This document shows positions 46,144-54,296 of a stretch of DNA of 54,296 nt, piece after piece. The notes under the pieces were generated by a model. That model made no database searches and was not told where the DNA came from. It was given only the letters and a program-made list of their open reading frames with translations. Origin of the DNA: Octopus bimaculoides. Its lineage: Eukaryota. The stretch lies in NCBI RefSeq assembly GCF_001194135.2, contig NC_068990.1, forward strand, positions 63,987,835 through 64,042,130, read 5' to 3'. The translations under genes were made by a program, and so were the position numbers. Numbering within the stretch: the stretch's first letter is position 1; each line of letters opens with the position of its first letter.

Positions 46144-46527
46144 GTGGAGGCGCAATGGCCCAGTGGTTAGGGCAGTGGACTCGCGGTCATAAGATTGCAG
46201 TTTCAATCCCCAGACCGGGTGTTATGAGTGTTTATTGAGCGAAAACACCTAAAGCTCCACAAGGCTCCAGCAGGGGATTGTGGCGAACCCTGCTGTACTC
46301 TTCCACCACAACTTACTCTCACTCTTACTTCCTATTTCTGTTGTGCCTGTAATTCAAAGGGTCAGCCTTGTCACACTGTGTCACACTGAATATCCCCGAG
46401 AACTACGTTAAGGGTACACGTGTCTGTAGAGTGCTCAGCCACTTGCACGTTAATTTTACGAGCAGGCTGTTCCATTGATCGGATCAACTGGAACCCTCGA
46501 CGTTGTAAGCGACGGAGTGCCAACAAC
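46144..46527 (+). mobile_element. Full-length tRNA-derived SINE with 11-bp target-site duplication (3' module type 1, different body)
   Basis: attctattcat at 46133-46143 and 46528-46538; head ggaggcgcaatggcccagtggttagggc...gtttcaatcccc; (AAC) tail. Confidence 0.88.
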
Positions 46528-47171
46528 ATTCTATTCATACTGCTGTTATTCTACTCAAGTATGTAGTTTACTAACACATCTTCAGTTTTGCCTTTTGTTC
46601 ATCCCCACTTGACAAGGAGAAAACCTCTGCAGCTTTCCTTGTCAAATCTCTTTCAAATCATACACCATTACCTTAAAGAAAAGAAAATGGGGAGGACAAA
46701 TTAAATGATATAATCCCTTTGTTTCTCCATCCATAGGATGACAACTTACATCATTCCTCGCAGGTTTGTAGATCCAGGAAATGTCCTGGAAGTGGCTGAC
46801 AACTCCAAAAATAATAATTTTAAAAAACGGCCTAAAACATTCTGTAACATGGTGAACTGATGTGACTGGAACTCTGTGCTAATGTGTCGACAATTCTGAA
46901 CCTTTGTGGTATTCTCTGCTGTCAGTTTGTCTGATTCTGCTTTTTTCAGGTACCATGACACCTGTCTTTGGTTAGGCCAGACAAAATAGATCATTAAGAG
47001 TCAAAATTTCCCATGACTTTAGATTAGTGATTCTCAACCATTTTTTGCTTATGGATCCCTCACTCCATCCCTGATTCCTATTTTACTTGAATAGACCCTT
47101 GTAGCAATTCAATGTTTAAAAAATACTATTTCATTTTTATAATTAAATTTTAGTAGGAATTATATAAAATA

Positions 47172-47620
47172 CAGGGTATCCCCCAGAAATTTACTTCATT
47201 TGAAATGTGAATATCCGAGAAACTACATGCTCTAGGCAAATGAAATTAAATAGGCCTCATGTTGAACAATAAGAGATTTATTTATCAAAATTCGAACAAG
47301 AGATTCAGATAGATGTAGATTTTACAACTGATTTCACAAAGCTTCACAAATGTTCAATATGCACACTCTCTGTGACATGATACACATCTAGTCAGTAGCC
47401 CAGTTCCTGCCAAACATGCTGTAACATGTCTTGCATAACATTCTCCAGTACCTCAGTGATTCTCTGCTTGAGTTCCTCTAAGCTTGTAGAAAGATGTGGG
47501 ACATAGACCAGTCCTTTCACATAGTCCCATAGAAAAAAATCACAAGGTGTCAAATCAGGTGAACATGGTGGCCATTTCAACAGCATATTGTCATTATCAC
47601 TGATATGCCTGATCCAAACT
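47172..47620 (-). mobile_element. 3' fragment of a Tc1/mariner-superfamily (maT-like) transposon
   Basis: KWPPCSPDLTPCDFFLWDYVKGLVY...ELKQRIT...; end TA|CAGGGTATCCCCCAG. Confidence 0.8.
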
Positions 47621-48472
47621 TAATTAATTTTTACACATTAGAGTGTTAAAAACACCTGTGGAGACTTGCTTCTGTTGAAGCCTTTAGAGGCAGAAATACA
47701 TATTTAGCAGTAGACAAAAATTTTCCACAGCTGCTGGATGATTTTCGTCTGCTGCTAATATATTTATGTGTTTTTTTAATGCTATACATCTATAAGGGAT
47801 GCTTTCTTGAGACAAACACTGCAGTTTACAAGGCTTTCAATGCTGTATCTGCTTTAAGATGATACATCATTGATACTCAGATTAACATGTGTGTGTGTGT
47901 GTGATACACACTTATATATTCACACATACATGTGTCTGTGTATATATGATTATATGTGTGTGTGGGTGTACGTGCACATGTTTATGCATATTTAAATGTG
48001 TGTGTGTGTGTGTGAGTGTACGTACGTACATAGACATACAAATATATAGACAGACCTACAGGCAGACAGACTTATCTGAATATCAATTATATGAATTTCT
48101 GTGCACCCAAACAAGATCCTAAGATTTTGTGAATATACAACTAACTCTACTGGGTATAACCTGAACAAAAGAATAATACAAGAGTCACCATTTTGTCTTT
48201 TGTTTAAAATGATTAAAAGTTAATTCAAATAACTGAAGAACATTTGTAAACATTACATCAAAGAAGTGTTACAGACATTGGCGCAAGCATCGCATTCTTC
48301 GCTTATAATTATGCAAAGCACCACTGGTCTGTTGGTCTGATTCCAAGCAATCTCTTTAAACTGTCATTATAATGACTGACATGCTGAAGGATTTGAAAGC
48401 ATAGCAAAATCAGTTATGTCTACATTCACTCAATGATTTTCTTCTGAGTAGTAATCAAGTTTGTTGTTGTTA

Positions 48473-48590
48473 CTATGTCTGTGAAGAGAAAGCAAACATC
48501 ATTGACAACTGAGCAGAAAGACTAAATTCAACAGTGCCAAGAACAAGGAGCTGCCTTGAATGAAGCAGCTCAAGAGAAAGTACACAAATA
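48473..48590 (+). mobile_element. Possible pogo/Tigger transposase N-terminal remnant
   Basis: MSVKRKQTSLTTEQKD*IQQCQEQG resembles KRK..LT.EQK psq-HTH starts; short. Confidence 0.35.
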
Positions 48591-49084
48591 TTGGCTGCTC
48601 CTTCCACTGCTTCATCATGAGTTTGATCAGCCGGTAGAGGTGTATGGACTCCCTGTCAGTGTATGAGGTACTTGGTACTCGCCAGCGAGTGAAGCGCTGG
48701 GTGCCTTAGGCATTGTGCATCGGCCATTTTGGTGATTACTCAGCAGGACTGCAATGATTCATACATGTAACATGTTGAGGGATTAGCCCTCAAGATCTAT
48801 CGGGCTAGATCACAAAATGTTTATAGGTTGGGGAGTGGCTCCAACCACTTTAAAATAACGAGCAGACCTCAGTCCTAATCTAACTGTTTCCCCATGGTGG
48901 GACGGTTGGGAATCTCAGAATAACATTCATGATGTTGATAATGATGGGGCACTGTGGGACCACCCACATGAAAAAAAAAAATGGAAAGAAGTATATTGTT
49001 ATGTATTGAATAGAATAGCTAAATGCCTTGTCGTTGGCGGCGGCAGTGGTGGCCGTCGCCATCATCGTCGTCTTTTATGTACAG

Positions 49085-49320
49085 AGTATTGTGTCCAGCA
49101 AAATTTGTTCTTAATGTTGTTCACAAAGAGATTCAGTATGACACAGAATGTGACAAAACTGGCCCTTTGAATTACAGGTACCACTCATTTTTGCCGGCTG
49201 AGGGGATTGGATCAATATCAAATAAAGTATTTTTCTCAAGGATACAATGCACCACTGGGCATTGAACTTACTACCTTATGATTGATTGTGAGCCAAATAC
49301 CCTAACCACTAAGCCATGCA
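49085..49320 (-). mobile_element. Older group D SINE (3' module type 1)
   Basis: gtgacaaaactggccctttgaattacaggtaccactcatttttgcc...ccctaaccactaagccatgca. Confidence 0.7.
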
Positions 49321-49354
49321 ATTTCACCTCTTGGGTTTATACAAAACAGCATTC

Positions 49355-49560
49355 ATCATCATTACTATCATCATCATCATCCTCCTCCTTCCATGCTGGC
49401 ATGGGTTGGACAGTTTGACAATAGCTGGCCAGGCAGGAGCTTGCACCATGCTTCTGTGTCTGTTTTGGCATGGTTTTTACAGCTATGCTATAATAGACAC
49501 AGAAGCATGGTGCAGGCTCCTGCCTGGCCTGCTCCTGTCAAACTGTCCAACTCATGCCAA
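49355..49560 (-). mobile_element. Old RTE 3' UTR fragment
   Basis: (ATC)n, ttccatgctggcatgggttggacagtttgac... Confidence 0.6.
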
Positions 49561-50025
49561 CGTTTCTTCCTTTAAAAGGATAGAATATGATCTAAGGGAA
49601 ATTGGGCTGTTCTTTTTAGCAAATGGTGTGACTGTATACAGGCTTGCTTGTTGGCTCAATATTTGTCTGGTTTGTTAGCTTAGCAGGCAGATATTTTAAA
49701 ACAAATTTCCCTAGTGTTTGGTGCACATGTGTGAATGAAAATTAAATTCTTTTATGAGTTATGAGAAAAGGGTAATCTCTTTATCATATATATATATAAC
49801 TCAGCATGAAATATATAATAGAATCAAGTGCAAATGTTCTGTAAATCATTCTGCAGTTCAAAAAGATAAATGTTTTAATATATTTTTGTTTTATTTGAAT
49901 TCAAAAATTGAAGGGAAAACATTAAGTTTGTATGGAATGTTCAGTTCTTACTGATAGCTCTAATTGGATCAAACCACTGGAAATACCATTGTGAAAGGAA
50001 GCAATCTTTTTGTCTCATCTCCCAG

Positions 50026-50174
50026 GTGAAGAGGAAGCAGATGTTGAAATGGAAGCACCAAAAGTCTATGAGCCAATCAGCAGTTATGAACAGTTGGCTG
50101 CGAGACTTAATACCTTCATGGATCAATACAACGAAGCTATTCGTGGTTCAGTGATGGATTTGGTTTTCTTCAAG
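50026..50174 (+). CDS. DNAH5: Dynein heavy chain exon 11: (G)EEEADVEMEAPKVYEPISSYEQLAARLNTFMDQYNEAIRGSVMDLVFFK
   Basis: ctcccag|GT...AAG|gtacac; 149 bp, phase 1 to 0. Confidence 0.95.
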
Positions 50175-51129
50175 GTACACAACTTCTTTTTGTATCATTA
50201 ATATCTGCCATTATGTTAATATTTCCAGAAAGATAAGCAAATTAACTTCATTTCAAACATTTCTAACAATTTTGTCAGAAATTCATGTTATATAATTATT
50301 TCCTTGTTAAATATGAATGTGCATTGTGTAGTCTCTTGTGCAAAGTAATCAAATAGATAAGGTATTTTGCTGCAAATACTTTGGCAACCCACTGTATTCT
50401 AGATGTCTCATTTGCTATTTTAAAGATAGTAAACCACTTTGTGGAAGCTATCTGCAATAAGCTGGTATCCATCCAGAAAAGATTTATCATCCACCCAGCA
50501 TTACAGAATCTAGTATTATGTACTAATACTATAGCTTCATGTAATTCTTAGGATGATATTTATTATATGGTATATATCTGTGTGTGTGTGTGTGCATTGC
50601 TAATGAGCATGTATGTATATATGTGTGTGTATGTGTGTGTGTGTGCATGTGCGTACACATGCATATGTGTGTGTATGAGCAGGGATACAGTGCAAAGTCA
50701 ATAAGGTTAGTAACTTATCTAATGAATTGTGAATTCCACATTCAATTACAGAGAATTTCTTCAATGTCCTTGGGGGTATATCATAAAATTTTACATGCCC
50801 TACAGCTAAACTAGAGTAAAAATATTGCTTCTGTATTCTGTTTTTCTAGATCACACTAAGATGCTAAAAAGTAAGCATCTACATTTTAAGCAAATTAGAA
50901 CTCACAATAATCTATTTCCACCTTGTCTGAATCTTTATAGCAACCTACCCAGCCAAGTTCTACAGAAGCACTTGTAATCTCCTAATCAGACAGACAGTGG
51001 TTAGGAAATTAAGATGCAAGACCAGAAAATCAAGAGCTCAATCTTTATAGCAGTATTGAGCATGAAAGTCTTTGCTTACACATTTCATCTTAGCTGTGAA
51101 ATAAGATTCACTCTTTACTTAAATTATGA

Positions 51130-51510
51130 AATATACAATCATTCATCAACAGGTGCTTGCGTAGTATACTTAAAATCAGATGGCCCGAACACATAAGCAA
51201 TATGGAGTTATGGCAAAGAATGAATCAAGTTTTGATTAGGGAGCAAATATTTAAGAAAAAGTGGAAGTGGATTGGTAGCACAATTAGAAAGGACACACCA
51301 AATGTAGCGAAAAGTGCTTTACAGTGGAATCCAGATGGATATAGAAAGAGGGGTAGTCCTAAGAACTCGTGGCGTAGATCAACACAAAAGGAACTAGAGA
51401 AAGGGGAACATTCATGGTAGAGTATAAGTACAGAAGTGAAAAATTATGCGACATGGAATTCAATTATAAGTGGCTTATACTCCACGTTGGAGGGTTAAAG
51501 GCAAGAAATA
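51130..51510 (+). mobile_element. C-terminus and 3' end of a second RTE lineage
   Basis: FINRCLRSILKIRWPEHISNMELW...KWKWIGSTIRK...ALQWNPDGYRKRGSPKNSWRR; A-rich tail. Confidence 0.8.
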
Positions 51511-51560
51511 AAAAAAGAAAAAGTTTACAGGAAAATGTATCTATTATTTTATAACTACAT

Positions 51561-51778
51561 AAGGCAATGAGCTGTCATATTCATTAGCATGATGTATGAA
51601 ATGCTTGGCAGCATTTTGTCTATACTTGCATTCTGATTTCAAATTCCATTGAGTTCAGTTTTACCTTTCATCTTTTCAGGGTCGATAAAATAAGTATCAG
51701 TTGAGCACCGGGGTCAATGTAATTGATTTACCTCATCTCTGGAATTGCTGGCCTTGTGCCAAAATTTCAAACCAATAT
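51561..51778 (+). mobile_element. SINE group C, older copy
   Basis: gatttcaaattcc...ggtcgataaaataagtatcagttgagcac...ttgtgccaaaatttcaaaccaata. Confidence 0.7.
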
Positions 51779-52044
51779 TTTATAACTAAGTAGATAAACT
51801 GTTAGATTCTCAGCATGCTTGTCATGAGTGTGCATGTGCATGTGCATGTGCACCATCTTTAGTTTTGAGCTGTATTTTTTTCTGGTGGGCTGAAGTAATA
51901 GTGAAGTAGTGACAACTATAATGATGTTGATGATGTGGTGTTGGAGGTGGTGATAGTTGTATCATAGCAATACAGTATTGTCAGTTTGTGGGGTTGTGGT
52001 GGTCATAAAATAGCATAAGGCATTGACATGTCTTGGATTGAATC

Positions 52045-52075
<31 letters not shown>

Positions 52076-52286
52076 NNNNNNNNNNNNNNNNNNNNNNNNN
52101 NNNNNNNNNNNNNNNNNNNNNNNNNNNNNNNNNNNNNNNNNNNNNNNNNNNNNNNNNNNNNNNNNNNNNNNNNNNACACTTAAATTGTGGAAAAATTAAA
52201 TTAAATGGTTTTTTAAAATATTTCCATATTTTTCAAATGCAAGGGATATCTTCCTTTTTTCTGTCTGTCTCTCTCTTTTTCACTCT

Positions 52287-52626
52287 TGTGAGGGCTTGGT
52301 ACCAGGTACTAGAGAATTACTCCAATGAAGTGCCACATCACATCAAAAAAGAATTCGTAATAGAAGGGCTAACATTTATCTTGGAGAGTAACTACTTTGT
52401 CTTCAAAGACAACTTCTGTCGACAAAAATCAGGAACTACAATGGGTACAAGAATGCCGCCCTCCTTTGTTAACCTAGTCATGGGATATCTAGAAATCAGT
52501 GTTTATCGTAAGGTACTAGAAAAATATGGCAACCCATTCTCTCTCAACATAGAAAATAACTGGAAGAGGTATCCGGATAACTGTTTCGTTCTTTGACATG
52601 AAAGTATAGAGAGACTTGAAGAATTT
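52287..52626 (+). mobile_element. Neptune-type Penelope-like RT fragment
   Basis: KEFVIEGLTFILESNYFVF...RQKSGTTMGTRMPPSFVNLVMGYLE...NWKRYPDNCFVL (decayed GTAMG and RYLDD motifs). Confidence 0.82.
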
Positions 52627-52992
52627 CGGATTATGGTCTCACTTGGCTTGCCAGGTCTTCGAATTTGGTTTGATTTCAATTTCATTTGCCTCAACAGGTC
52701 TTCGCAAGCAGAGTTTAGTGTCCAATGAAGGAAAGGTATGCATAAGTGAGCTGGCTACACCTCTGGCAGAGGCCTCGGATTATGGTCTCACTTGGCTTCC
52801 CGGTTCTTCTTACACACTGCATATTTCCAAAGGTCTCGGTCACAAGTCATTGCCTCGGTGAGGCCTAATGTTCGAAGGTCATGCTTCACTACCTCATCCT
52901 AGGTCTTCCTGGGTCTACCTCTTCCACAGGTTCCCTCAACCACTAGAGTGTGACACTTTTTCACACAGCTATCCTCATCCATTCTCGCCAGT
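52627..52992 (-). mobile_element. RTE ORF2 C-terminus with an aberrant, tail-less 3' end
   Basis: RMDEDSCVKKCHTLVVEGTCGRGRPRKT*DEVVKHDLRTLGLTEAMTCDRDLWKYAVCKKNREAK*. Confidence 0.85.
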
Positions 52993-53317
52993 AATTTTAT
53001 TTTATGAAATCTAAAAGAATGAATGGCAGGGACAGGTCTTTAAAGATTTGAACTTGAAACCCAGTCAGCTGTATCTAAACACTGTAATTCAATTAGATGG
53101 ACGTTCAACTGTTTCTGTTATATTACTGCTCTCTGTTAATGTAATACGAAAAATGTTTTACTGATCTAATTGAATGTTACTAACATGTCTCCAAACTGTC
53201 TCGAGTCTATCGTTTATTGTAACAAGATATTTATTTGATAATTAATTGTCTTCTGATTTGTCTTCAAATTCATTGAAATGTTCTAAGATATTTGGGTAAC
53301 TAATACTTCTTTTCCAG

Positions 53318-53472
53318 GATGCCATGACACATCTGGTGAAAATCTCGCGCATTATTCGAACAACAAAAGGCCATGCTCTTCTGGTTGGTGTTGGTGGTTC
53401 AGGGAAGCAGAGTTTAACTCGGCTTGCTTCTTTTATTGCTGGTTTCAAGACTTTTCAGATTACCCTCTCCAG
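53318..53472 (+). CDS. DNAH5: Dynein heavy chain exon 12: [51 protein letters not shown](R)
   Basis: ttttccag|GAT...CCAG|gtaagt; 155 bp, exits phase 2; AAA4 Walker [10 protein letters not shown]. Confidence 0.96.
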
Positions 53473-54086
53473 GTAAGTGAGAACATTCTAGAAATCTAAA
53501 AACAGAGAAGAGCCTGGCATGATAAAACTGAAGGTGGTACTCAATTGATTTTTGTCTATCTGAACTAAAAATAAAACTCATAACTAAAAATAACATTTTT
53601 TTGTACTTAAAATATTATTTTCCATTATTTTTTTCTAAAATTCTCACACATTTTTCATACTAATTCTTCCAATATATTTGTCTTTATCTCTGCCTATCCC
53701 ACTCTCATTTTTCATGCTTTCACATCTCCATATGGTTCTTCCCTGTCTCTCACTTTCTCTTCTCACTGTTTTTACTCACATTTTTTTCTCACTACACTTT
53801 CCTTCCTTTCTCTTTATATATTCCTTCGCTTGTTTCATACTTCTACTTACCTCACTTATTCCTTGCCCCATTATTGTCTATCTCATTCACTGAGTCCTTT
53901 TTATTTTCTTTATGACATATTTCTCACTTTCTTAATCAATTTTTCCCCCCATCCCTTCTTTTCCATTTCCTTATTATAAAAGATGGTAGTTAGTGTAGCT
54001 ACTAATGTGTGCCTATAAATATTATGCGCATGACTAGTTGTGTTACATATATGTATATGGATATATATATATATATATATATATAT

Positions 54087-54296
54087 ATCATCATCATCAT
54101 CATCATCATCGTTTAACGTCCGCTTTCCATGCTAGCATGGGTTGGACGATTTGACTGAGGACTGGTGAAACCGGATGGCAACACCAGGCTCCAGTCTGAT
54201 TTGGCAGAGTTTCTACAGCTGGATACCCTTCCTAACGCCAACCACTCAGAGAGTGTAGTGGGTGCTTTTACGTGTCACCCGCACGAAAACGGCCAC
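54087..54296 (-). mobile_element. Young RTE 3' UTR with (GAT)n tail at a (TA)n array; runs off the window
   Basis: One mismatch to 8418-8589 over the shared 172 bp. Confidence 0.9.

Larger units (their letters stand above)
1105..53472 (+). other. DNAH5: Span of 12 internal exons of an axonemal dynein heavy chain gene (DNAH5/DNAH8 outer-arm group); gene continues beyond both window ends
   Basis: All 12 exons have AG/GT boundaries and compatible phases. The spliced peptide runs colinearly with recalled DNAH5-family sequence (e.g. [63 protein letters not shown]). DNAH5 versus DNAH8 cannot be separated here. Confidence 0.93.

Noticed and set aside
25160-46230. tRNA-like segments with A and B boxes
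   Set aside because: They lack a full cloverleaf and continue into SINE bodies and tails; they are SINE heads, not tRNA genes.
46746-46994. 82-aa minus-strand ORF near the maT-like fragment
   Set aside because: No transposase motif recognised and not demonstrably linked to the 47172 element.
47025-47050. tagtgattctcaacc resembling a hAT/Charlie terminus
   Set aside because: Only one end seen, no partner TIR or 8-bp TSD.
8014-52175. Dynein exons hidden in the N gaps
   Set aside because: The 12 visible exons join in frame and colinearly with the recalled DNAH5-family sequence, leaving no missing segment.

Overview
Eukaryotic, AT-rich, gapped draft-assembly sequence. The repeat families, microsatellite load and giant introns look like an Octopus (coleoid cephalopod) genome; this is inference from recalled repeat families, not a search. 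The only host gene is a + strand axonemal outer-arm dynein heavy chain of the DNAH5/DNAH8 group. Twelve GT-AG exons (1105-53472, 1,705 coding bp, about 568 aa) splice into one open frame covering the AAA2-AAA3 linker, AAA3 (Walker A GEQ|GTAKT, Walker B IFVDD) and the start of AAA4 (GVGGSGKQS). The gene runs off both ends of the window. The introns are filled with mobile DNA: RTE and R4/Dong LINE remnants, at least three tRNA-derived SINE groups, Penelope-like elements (Neptune- and Naiad-type), mariner and DD37D (maT) transposons, MITEs/fold-backs and microsatellites. The most interesting non-obvious structure is as follows. (i) Two independent Penelope-like insertions are built as outward-facing inverted repeats, each with a hammerhead-ribozyme-like motif; one motif has a U3-A8 core covariation, and a separate 192-bp hammerhead-bearing insert sits in one arm. 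(ii) A 61-bp inverted templated insertion with a 15-bp duplication. (iii) tRNA-SINEs that swap 3' modules. (iv) A CpG-rich, promoter-like patch inside dynein intron 9. No prokaryotic-type systems (CRISPR, operons) are present.
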